Shown here: positions 7,455 to 14,312 of the stretch, piece by piece
How positions within the stretch are numbered: the stretch's first letter is position 1
Layout: every line of letters starts with the position of its first letter
IMG/VR virus record: IMGVR_UViG_3300017754_001141
Location: 1 to 39,253 of that record
Strand: one strand, 5' to 3'
DNA: 39,253 bases
Source of the DNA: a virus
Taxonomy: Duplodnaviria > Caudoviricetes
Notes under the pieces: generated by a model
Told to the model about the DNA's origin: nothing
Seen by the model: the letters and a program-made list of their open reading frames with translations, nothing else
Databases searched by the model: none
Made by a program: the position numbers and the translations under genes

Positions 7455-7587
7455 GTGCTCGACAGTCTCCTGTGAGATAGAGACATTTGAGGATGAGAGT
7501 CTCTGGGTAGGGATAGCCATCACGCGCCCCGTCGAGGATTTCTTTTGTTTCTTCATGGGTCAACTCAATAAGGTTCGTCATCATCAA
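7351..7587 (-). CDS. Hypothetical phage protein (ILD...LYLTGD motif)
   Basis: Follows the 68-aa gene; its stop forms an ATGA overlap with the RusA frame. Confidence 0.55.
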   Translation of the reverse strand: MMMTNLIELTHEETKEILDGARDGYPYPETLILKCLYLTGDCRAHEAVRSKGLDQAQEDQDWRGRVRARAIMVGGSKG

Positions 7588-7771
7588 TCTCCGTGAATGG
7601 TTTTACGGGTGGCTTGTCAAAGAAACTTGTCTTCGTAAACGGCATTGGGTTTTCTGGTTCCTCTGACCACGCATGTTTTGAGCATTTTTTCCAGCCAGCA
7701 TTGACTGTCCAGCGGGCGTTGCAACCCATGACTTGGCATTTGAATGGGTCTACGTCTGACTTTTCCATCAC
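7565..7771 (-). CDS. Small Cys/His zinc-finger protein with acidic tail
   Basis: CQVMGC...CSKH; ends EIDDDEPY; coupled to the initiator gene. Confidence 0.65.
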   Translation of the reverse strand: MMEKSDVDPFKCQVMGCNARWTVNAGWKKCSKHAWSEEPENPMPFTKTSFFDKPPVKPFTEIDDDEPY

Positions 7772-8529
7772 TTACCCCTTATTGCGCGAAGCTTTGCCAA
7801 TATCTCAGGATTTGGCGGTGCTACTTTTTTGCTGTCTTCATCCAGCTTAACCAACGCTGGATCGCGTTCCATCTTGCTCGGCACGGTGGTGAACACGACA
7901 TCCTTGCGCATGCCGCCCACCTGCTTTTCCGCAACCCATTCGGCCTTGAATGAAGTCCACCCCCGCAAGACAACCTCCTGCAAGGCGCTCTCCAACGTGT
8001 ACCCAGCCTTTTCGGCTTCACGCTGTATGCCCATCAGAACAAGTCCAGTGATCTGGGCTTTCTTCAGTTTTCTCTGCTTGACAAACTCTGACCAAACTTC
8101 TGATGACACGCCGTCAGGCGGAGCGACGGCAGTCGCTGTATTCTTTGTTTCTTGTTTCTTGTTTCTTGTTTCTTGTTTATTGTTTGGTTGAACGTCCGTT
8201 GAACGGGCGTTGCTCCTGCGTTCAGCGGATGCCTTTCCAGCCCTTGAAGCCTGCTCCTTTTTGCTGTGGAAATGACTAATTTCGCGGTCTGCGCGGGGGT
8301 TGATCCAACCCTCCTCAGAGTTGTGAAAAAACTCCTCAAGAATTGATTTCACCCTGTCCTCATGGTCACGCATGCCGATCTGTCGTGCAACAGCCGACAC
8401 ACTGGCGTTCAACGGGCGTTCGTGAAGGTAGTAGAGGTCAAGTAGCCGTCGGTAGGCAATGTCCTCCAGCAAGTCCAGATGGTTTGTGTGAGACTTGTAG
8501 TCCCCAATGTTGAATTGGTAATAGTGCAT
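7768..8529 (-). CDS. Replication initiator, DUF1376/YdaU family
   Basis: MHYYQFNIGDY...HL...EDIAYRRLLDLYY..E.PL N-terminus; internal DNA repeats; C-terminal W..F...RK...GW..FKAEW domain. Confidence 0.88.
   Translation of the reverse strand: MHYYQFNIGDYKSHTNHLDLLEDIAYRRLLDLYYLHERPLNASVSAVARQIGMRDHEDRVKSILEEFFHNSEEGWINPRADREISHFHSKKEQASRAGKASAERRSNARSTDVQPNNKQETRNKKQETKNTATAVAPPDGVSSEVWSEFVKQRKLKKAQITGLVLMGIQREAEKAGYTLESALQEVVLRGWTSFKAEWVAEKQVGGMRKDVVFTTVPSKMERDPALVKLDEDSKKVAPPNPEILAKLRAIRGK
8145..8227. repeat. Tandem 7-mers plus 11-bp-period iterons: probable replication origin
   Basis: TTGTTTC x4, then TTGTTTA and TTGTTTG (8145-8186); GTTGAACG at 8187 and 8198, with degenerate copies at 8209 and 8220. 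Confidence 0.7.
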
Positions 8530-8627
8530 TGTCGAACCCCAAAAAATTCACCCCTGAAAGAAACCTCGGCAGGCGGGGGTTGATACGCTTTTCGGTGGAT
8601 TCATGACTCCCCACCTAGCCGTGTTTC
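8530..8627 (-). ncRNA. Candidate cis-regulatory structured RNA in the leader of the initiator gene
   Basis: Outer stem GAAAC..CGGC.AG / CUGCCG..GUUUC encloses a GUGG/CCAC hairpin, a GAAAAG junction and a GCG/CGC hairpin whose loop has AACCCC. Confidence 0.5.
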
Positions 8628-8635
8628 AAAACATC

Positions 8636-8848
8636 TTACAACGAAAAAAGATCGGGGCGCAAGATGTTGCGCGGAACCAACCCTTGTGTTGCTTTTTCAA
8701 TCTTGACCGCCAACTCTGGCGATGGTCTTTTGTGCCCATGAATCAACAGAGACAGCCACGTCGGAGTGATCTCCAAGTGTTCAGCCATCTCGTTTACAGC
8801 GCCCATCGGCTCTGTCTTGAAGTATTCTTTGAGAGTCATAGTTTCCAT
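8636..8848 (-). CDS. Cro/YdaS-like HTH regulator
   Basis: MTLKEYF...EMAEHLEITPTWLSLLIHGHKRPSPELAVKIEKATQGLV...LRPDLF. Confidence 0.88.
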   Translation of the reverse strand: METMTLKEYFKTEPMGAVNEMAEHLEITPTWLSLLIHGHKRPSPELAVKIEKATQGLVPRNILRPDLFSL

Positions 8849-8856
8849 TGCGTCAT

Positions 8857-8916
8857 AGTATAACTTAACTTGAACTTAAATAAATCTTTACTTGAAGTTA
8901 AAAACTATGCCATAAT
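8857..8916. promoter_or_regulatory. Divergent promoter region with two operator-like sites
   Basis: AT-rich gap. Leftward TATACT (8862-8857); rightward TG-C-CATAAT (8908-8916). Sites ACTTAA-CTTGAAC-TTAAAT (8863-8881) and TCTTTA-CTTGAAG-TTAAAA (8885-8903). Confidence 0.72.
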
Positions 8917-8953
8917 CCACGCACACCAAATTCGGTGTGTTACTGGAGCTTTT

Positions 8954-9097
8954 ATGAAACCCACCCGTGAGTCAATCGACTACGCCTGCTCGGTCGAGCA
9001 ATACAAAACCCCATTCAATGTCAACCTGTGCATGAAGCTTGTCTTCGTCGCGGCTGTTGTCGTTCTCATTTTGGACGTGCTCGTATGGAGAGCATGA
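8954..9097 (+). CDS. Small protein with C-terminal TM helix (47 aa)
   Basis: GGAG RBS, ATG 8954; LVFVAAVVVLILDVLVWR. Confidence 0.7.
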   Translation: MKPTRESIDYACSVEQYKTPFNVNLCMKLVFVAAVVVLILDVLVWRA

Positions 9098-9207
9098 CCG
9101 ACAAAGAGTATCAGGACTGGCTTGCCGATCCTGACGCACAACTGGAGTATCTACTCTGGTCAATTTCACAAGACCTTCAACATTTACAGAAAGCAATCAA
9201 TGAGTAA
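9094..9207 (+). CDS. Small hypothetical protein (37 aa)
   Basis: Manual ORF MTDKEYQDWLADPDAQLEYLLWSISQDLQHLQKAINE bridging two genes with overlaps. Confidence 0.55.
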   Translation: MTDKEYQDWLADPDAQLEYLLWSISQDLQHLQKAINE

Positions 9208-9862
9208 TTTTATTGTCGAGGGTGGCTCGTCCTCCTCAAACTTTATCCCTGTGCCGCCCGGCTCCCACGTTGCGCGGTGCTACCGCATTGTCGATTTGGG
9301 AACCCAAACCACCGAATACCTTGGGCAGATCAAGCACCTGCGCAAAGTCATGTTCGGCTGGGAACTGCACGGCGAAGACAACGAAGGCAAACCCTTGGTC
9401 ACTGAAAAGGGTGAACCCATGGCAATCTTCAAGAACTACACCCTGAGCCTGAACGAAAAGGCCAACCTGCGCCTTGACCTGCAAAGCTGGCGTGGCAAGC
9501 CCTTCACCGATGCCGAGGCCAATCGCTTTGACATCTCTGTGGTGTTGGGTCAGTGGTGCATGCTGAACGTGATCCATCGGCCCGGCAAGGACGACAAAAT
9601 CTTTGCAAACGTGGCTGGCGTGTCACCGATCCCCTCAATCGTCAAACAACACGGTCTTCCAAAGCCCATCAACGAACTGCAAATGTTCCGCTTGGCTGAC
9701 CCTGACATGGAAATGTTTGAGACCTTCAGCAAGGGCTTAAAGGCGAAGATCGAAGCTTCCCCTGAATGGAGGGCTTTATCGTCCTCCAAGGCCCCCAAAA
9801 AGGACGCTGAAGCCCCCTCTAAGGGTGGCTTTGATGACATGGACGACGACATTCCGTTCTGA
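9200..9862 (+). CDS. Phage single-stranded DNA-binding-like protein
   Basis: Start ATG 9200; G.H.ARC..IVDLGTQ family; SSB-type acidic tail FDDMDDDIPF. Confidence 0.75.
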   Translation: MSNFIVEGGSSSSNFIPVPPGSHVARCYRIVDLGTQTTEYLGQIKHLRKVMFGWELHGEDNEGKPLVTEKGEPMAIFKNYTLSLNEKANLRLDLQSWRGKPFTDAEANRFDISVVLGQWCMLNVIHRPGKDDKIFANVAGVSPIPSIVKQHGLPKPINELQMFRLADPDMEMFETFSKGLKAKIEASPEWRALSSSKAPKKDAEAPSKGGFDDMDDDIPF

Positions 9863-9864
9863 CC

Positions 9865-10074
9865 ATGGATGCGCACCACGACTTAATCTTGAAGTGCCTG
9901 CGCAACCACGGGGCGCTGGGCAAAGATGGCATATCCAGAATTACCAGCTTGGATGTGAATCAATGCTCACGCGCCCTGCCAATCCTTCAGCGTCAAGGGT
10001 TGGTGGAGTTGACTGGCAAAACAGTGCTATCAGACTCAAAACGCCCTGAGCGGGAGTGGAGGGCTGTTGCATGA
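9865..10074 (+). CDS. Small winged-helix protein
   Basis: ILKCL..HG...I...SRALP.L.RQGLVELTG......S.R.EREW. Confidence 0.7.
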   Translation: MDAHHDLILKCLRNHGALGKDGISRITSLDVNQCSRALPILQRQGLVELTGKTVLSDSKRPEREWRAVA

Positions 10075-10430
10075 AAGACACATACACCATGGACATGTTT
10101 GCTGAGCCACCCAAAAAGCCTCAAACGACTTGGTTTACTGGTTCCAAACCGCTGTCTCGAAATACAGACCCCACAACCAGCGATACCGCGCACAAGTACC
10201 TTGACACCAACAAGATCGAACAAGAGGTTTGCTGGGCTGTAGGTCACTTTCCAGAGGGGTGTATTTACGACGACGTGGTGCGCTTGTTGCCTCATCGTCG
10301 GGTTCACAGTATTCAGCCACGTTTTGCGCCTTTGTTGCGTAAGGGCGCTCTTGTGGCTACAGGCGAGTTTCGCACTGGCATCGCTGGGAGGAAACAGCGT
10401 GTTGTCAAACTTAACAGGGAGAAGAAATGA
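10071..10430 (+). CDS. Winged-helix protein
   Basis: RNTDPTTS...SIQPRFAPLLRKG.LVATGE.R.G..GRKQRV; start ATG 10071. Confidence 0.72.
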   Translation: MKDTYTMDMFAEPPKKPQTTWFTGSKPLSRNTDPTTSDTAHKYLDTNKIEQEVCWAVGHFPEGCIYDDVVRLLPHRRVHSIQPRFAPLLRKGALVATGEFRTGIAGRKQRVVKLNREKK

Positions 10431-10723
10431 AATTTTTGCTTTTGCTTTTGGCGCTGAGTGGGTGCGCCGCAGGTTCGTCTTGGAATGCCAGCATGGCAAA
10501 CCCCATGGCGAGTGATCCAGTCTCCTCCAACGGAACCCAAACTCTGTTGTTGGACAAGACCGTCCAAGGGATGAGTCGCAATGAAATCATCATGGCGGTA
10601 AACGAATGTGAGTCCAACGGACTTCGCGCGGTTGTCATGACCACCAAACGTCGCATCAACGGCTTCTCTTCGGATGTCGTCTTTGACGTGTCCTGCGCCC
10701 CAGCAATCAAACGTCTTTATTGA
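10427..10723 (+). CDS. Predicted lipoprotein
   Basis: MKFLLLLLALSGC lipobox. Confidence 0.78.
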   Translation: MKFLLLLLALSGCAAGSSWNASMANPMASDPVSSNGTQTLLLDKTVQGMSRNEIIMAVNECESNGLRAVVMTTKRRINGFSSDVVFDVSCAPAIKRLY

Positions 10724-10731
10724 GGAAAACC

Positions 10732-10932
10732 ATGAAAAAGAAAGAACTGGAAGCAGAAAACAAAATCTTGGGTGAGCTTGTTGTAAAACTTGGTGACAGC
10801 CTGATTAACACCATCGAAAAATTGCAAAAAATGCGCTCATTGGTCGAGAGCCAAAACAAAGTCATGTCCGCGCAAAACACAATGATCCGCGAATTGCAGT
10901 CTGCGCTGGATACTTACAAGGAAAAAAAATGA
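10732..10932 (+). CDS. Coiled-coil hypothetical protein
   Basis: GAGG RBS, ATG 10732. Confidence 0.7.
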   Translation: MKKKELEAENKILGELVVKLGDSLINTIEKLQKMRSLVESQNKVMSAQNTMIRELQSALDTYKEKK

Positions 10933-11696
10933 CCACAATCATTGCACGAGCCAGCGAGTCACAGCACTGGTACGACAAGTCAGGTAAGCCCATGTACACG
11001 GTCAAGGCAAAGGACGGCACAGACCGCCCCACAACCCTCAGGGATGCACGAAAGATGGGTCTTGTACCCTCGGTGACCACAATCATGTCCGTGGCGGCAA
11101 AGCCCGGCCTTGAGGCGTGGAAGATGAACCAAATGATGATGGCGGCTCTTACCCTGCCACGCGCCCCTGATGAGCCTGAGGATCGGTTCATTGAGCGTAT
11201 TCAGCGCGATTCAAAGGAGCAGGCCAAGATGGCGGCAGAGCGCGGCACAGCCATCCATGAGGCGCTGGAGAAGTTTTACGAAGGGGTGATGTACCACCAG
11301 TATTCAGAGCACCAAATGGGTGTGGATGAGGCCGTACGAAATCACTTTGGCGTTCAGAACTGGAAAACCGAGACCGCCTTTGCCAGCGAGCTTGGATACG
11401 GCGGCAAGCTTGACTTGCACTGCCCAGACGGCGAAGGTGTCGTGCTGGACTTCAAGACCAAGGAATTCACAGACCCAGCAAAGATTTTCATGTACGACGA
11501 ATTGCCGATGCAGTTGGTGGCATATCGCATGGGGTTGGATAAGCCTCGCGCAAGGTGCGCAAACGTGTTCGTGTCGGTAACGAAGCCCGGCCTTGTTCAC
11601 ATCAAGGAATGGACTCAAGAGGAGCTTGAGAGAGCGTGGTACATGTTCAACGCACTCAAGAATTTTTGGTATGCAAAAACTGAATTAGCTTTCTAA
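10929..11696 (+). CDS. PD-(D/E)XK (Cas4/lambda-exonuclease-like) nuclease
   Basis: PSVTTI...RGTAIH...E...GYGGKLDL...LDFKT...QLVAY. Confidence 0.85.
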   Translation: MTTIIARASESQHWYDKSGKPMYTVKAKDGTDRPTTLRDARKMGLVPSVTTIMSVAAKPGLEAWKMNQMMMAALTLPRAPDEPEDRFIERIQRDSKEQAKMAAERGTAIHEALEKFYEGVMYHQYSEHQMGVDEAVRNHFGVQNWKTETAFASELGYGGKLDLHCPDGEGVVLDFKTKEFTDPAKIFMYDELPMQLVAYRMGLDKPRARCANVFVSVTKPGLVHIKEWTQEELERAWYMFNALKNFWYAKTELAF

Positions 11697-11706
11697 GGAA
11701 ATCATC

Positions 11707-11925
11707 ATGGCAACTCAACAGCGTGTTTACATCGTCGGCACACCCGACAACAAAGTCCGCTTGGTTAAAGCATCAGTCCGCCAGCAGGCGCTGACTCATG
11801 TGGCAAACCACCTCTTCACCGTTCGCGTGGCATCACAGGACGATCTGATCAATGCGCTGAAGGATGGCGTACAGGTCGAGAATTACCGCGATCCAGATCA
11901 ACCTGAACTTACTTTGGGTGAGTGA
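11707..11925 (+). CDS. Conserved hypothetical protein
   Basis: AAGGA RBS; RLVKA....AL.HVA....VRVASQDDL. Confidence 0.8.
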   Translation: MATQQRVYIVGTPDNKVRLVKASVRQQALTHVANHLFTVRVASQDDLINALKDGVQVENYRDPDQPELTLGE

Positions 11926-11926
11926 T

Positions 11927-12076
11927 ATGGGAAACATACTTGGAATAGCCTGCTTAATTGCATGGCTCACACACATCTTCACTTGCTTTGGTCAAGCTAT
12001 GTGGGGCTTCTTGTTGGCTGGCGCAATATTCTTCCCCATAGGGATACTGCACGGCTTTTATCTTTGGTTTTCTTGA
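11927..12076 (+). CDS. Small two-TM membrane protein (49 aa)
   Basis: MGNILGIACLIAWLTH...WGFLLAGAIFFPIGILHG. Confidence 0.72.
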   Translation: MGNILGIACLIAWLTHIFTCFGQAMWGFLLAGAIFFPIGILHGFYLWFS

Positions 12077-12085
12077 GGGGTAAAA

Positions 12086-12571
12086 ATGAAATTTGGAGAA
12101 GCACTTATCCTGCTAAATGCGGGGCACACAGTAACGCGAAAAGGCTGGAACGGCAAGGGCATGTTCTTAATTCGCGCAGGCGGATACATGGTTGAGGCTG
12201 ACAAAGTAAAGCCCAATGGCCCCATCAATGCTGAATTTTTAAAACGGCGCGGTCTTGACCATTTGGAAATTTTGCCGCACATTGACATGTGGACAGTTAA
12301 CTCGGAAGGTCGCCAAGCCTACTTGCCCGGCTGGCTCGCCTCACAGTCCGACATGTTGGCTGACGATTGGATGGAGTACAAAGAACCTGCTGAAGAAAAA
12401 AAGTCCAAAATATTTACATTGAATCCAACTCAAGTTGAAGCAATGCGACGTTCTGGACTTTGGAAAACAAGCCCCCCTATTGTTGAGGTTCACAAAAAGC
12501 CGCATTGGACTCAAACACCTAAAGGCAAAGTAATCTTAGCTAACCGCAAACCACGAGGAAAGAAAAAATGA
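12086..12571 (+). CDS. tad2: Tad2/DUF2829-family nucleotide-signal sponge with C-terminal extension
   Basis: MKFGEAL..L..G..V.RKGWNGKGMFL...PHIDM.T......GWLASQSDMLADDW is the DUF2829/Tad2 signature; about 60 extra C-terminal residues. Confidence 0.85.
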   Translation: MKFGEALILLNAGHTVTRKGWNGKGMFLIRAGGYMVEADKVKPNGPINAEFLKRRGLDHLEILPHIDMWTVNSEGRQAYLPGWLASQSDMLADDWMEYKEPAEEKKSKIFTLNPTQVEAMRRSGLWKTSPPIVEVHKKPHWTQTPKGKVILANRKPRGKKK

Positions 12572-12798
12572 ACAACCCATACCTAACCACAGAAGAAATT
12601 AAAGAAGCCTTCCATGGTGTCAACCTTGAAGAGAATTACAACTTCCTTGAGGATGACCTTGTAAAGCTCGCCAGCGCATTTGTGATGGCGGCAATGCCTG
12701 CTATCGTTCGACAAGAACGCAATCTGTGCATAGACTTTGTCAACAGCCTAAACACGGAAGTTGGCAAAGCCCTGCAAGAAAAGCGCGGGAACCTTTAA
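12568..12798 (+). CDS. Hypothetical protein
   Basis: Last plus-strand gene; its stop overlaps the stop of the convergent gene (TTAA 12795-12798). Confidence 0.75.
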   Translation: MNNPYLTTEEIKEAFHGVNLEENYNFLEDDLVKLASAFVMAAMPAIVRQERNLCIDFVNSLNTEVGKALQEKRGNL

Positions 12799-14297
12799 GG
12801 CTTTTTGGGTTGGGGTTTCGTCAAATCCTCGGCCTCGTAATAAAGCGCAGGCAAGTTTGCTATAGCACCAATCCCAGAGGCTATAGGATTGCCTGTAGCC
12901 ATACCGACGGAACCCAATGTGCCTAAGCCATAAGCGGCGGCTCTTGGGTAGTCCCCAGCGTCGTAATAGCTCTTTGCAGACATAGCCTGCTCTGGAGCCA
13001 TTGCGCCAGCAATGACGGGTGAAAACCTTGGCAAAAGCTTGCGACCAATAAATGCCGCACCCTTGGTGAAGGCGTTTCCGCCAGTGTATTTGTCGATCTC
13101 TCTTTGTTGGTTTTCTAAAGCTCTCTTCTCCAACTCGGCAACACGTTTCTCTGGTGTGGATAAGGCGCTTTCGCCGCGAGCCGCAATAGCTTTTTCGATC
13201 TCTCTGATCTTCTTTGCGTTTTCATCATGCAAAGCCTGAGCCTGTTCCAATTGGAATTGAGTTTGAGCCTTAATCTTTGCGGCCTTAATCTTGGCCTCCT
13301 TTTCAGCCTCTTCGCGCTGGAATTTTTGTTGCGCGGCAAGCTGTTTTTGACGTTCTTGCTCAAGTCTTGCTTGCTCTTCACGAGCGGCATTTTCTTGAAC
13401 AATTTCAGGTGGCAGGGCCAATTGCGCACCGCTTGGAGTGCGTGTCAAACCATAGTCACCAAGGCCAATTCGCTGTTGTTTCAGTCGCGCTTCAGTGTCT
13501 TGATTGATGATGGCTTGACCGCCAAGGGGGTTATCTGCCCTCATGTTGGTGGCCTTATTTGCCAGCGCCTCAGGCACACCCAAGGCTTCTTTGTTTATCC
13601 AATTTGTTGCGCCAGAAGTTTGCGGCTTGGGGTCGGTAAGAAGCTCAGGAGGCGGCATTGAGCGAATTCTGTACTCTGGCGGCATGAACTGCTCATGGTT
13701 CAGTGTTTGCGCCCACAGGTGGCTCTTTTGAGCCTTTGCTAAGGCGCGTTTGCTTTCTTCGTGAGCCTGCTCTTGGGCGTACAAAGAATCTTTCAAGTCA
13801 AGCACATTTGTGCCGTGCGGTATCTCCGCCGCCTTGGTTACAACCTCGCGGTTTGCAATGCTATCTCTTAATGCATCTCTTTCGGCAATGTTTTTACGTA
13901 AGAGGTCTTCGTTTGCTTTGGTGACCGTGGAGCCGGGCGACATCTCCTCCAAAAACTTTGGAAGCACATAGCCACCCACGGCTCCTCCGCCAATGCGAGT
14001 GGCATCACTGGTATTCAATTCTTTCGCGCGATCAACAACATTGCCAGCAAAGTCTTTTGTTGCTTGCCACCATGGGGTAGTCTCTTCTGGCGGCGTTTCT
14101 AATGTGCCGCTTTCTTCGATATTAGCCAACAAGTTTGGGTCGTCAGCTATACGCTCTTGAATATAGGCTTCTATTTCTGGGTCTTCTTCTTCACTTGCAA
14201 TATTTTGAGCATCTTGGGTTTCTTCAGGCGCACCCAATGAATTTTTGCGTTCAGCCATAAGAGCCGCCACGTAAGGATCAATTTCTTCGTTTGCCAT
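12795..14297 (-). CDS. Probable internal virion/ejection protein
   Basis: Last late gene; coiled coils plus Gly/Ala hydrophobic C-terminus; GAGG RBS before ATG 14297. Confidence 0.65.
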   Translation of the reverse strand: MANEEIDPYVAALMAERKNSLGAPEETQDAQNIASEEEDPEIEAYIQERIADDPNLLANIEESGTLETPPEETTPWWQATKDFAGNVVDRAKELNTSDATRIGGGAVGGYVLPKFLEEMSPGSTVTKANEDLLRKNIAERDALRDSIANREVVTKAAEIPHGTNVLDLKDSLYAQEQAHEESKRALAKAQKSHLWAQTLNHEQFMPPEYRIRSMPPPELLTDPKPQTSGATNWINKEALGVPEALANKATNMRADNPLGGQAIINQDTEARLKQQRIGLGDYGLTRTPSGAQLALPPEIVQENAAREEQARLEQERQKQLAAQQKFQREEAEKEAKIKAAKIKAQTQFQLEQAQALHDENAKKIREIEKAIAARGESALSTPEKRVAELEKRALENQQREIDKYTGGNAFTKGAAFIGRKLLPRFSPVIAGAMAPEQAMSAKSYYDAGDYPRAAAYGLGTLGSVGMATGNPIASGIGAIANLPALYYEAEDLTKPQPKKP

Positions 14298-14312
14298 TTT
14301 TTGCCTCAAAGT

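Noticed and set aside
10929-11696. Cas4-like nuclease as part of a CRISPR system
   Set aside because: No array or other cas genes and no Fe-S cysteine cluster; an ordinary phage recombination nuclease.
12795-12798. Expected bidirectional terminator where the two arms converge
   Set aside because: The stop codons overlap (TTAA) and no convincing hairpin was found, so no terminator is called.
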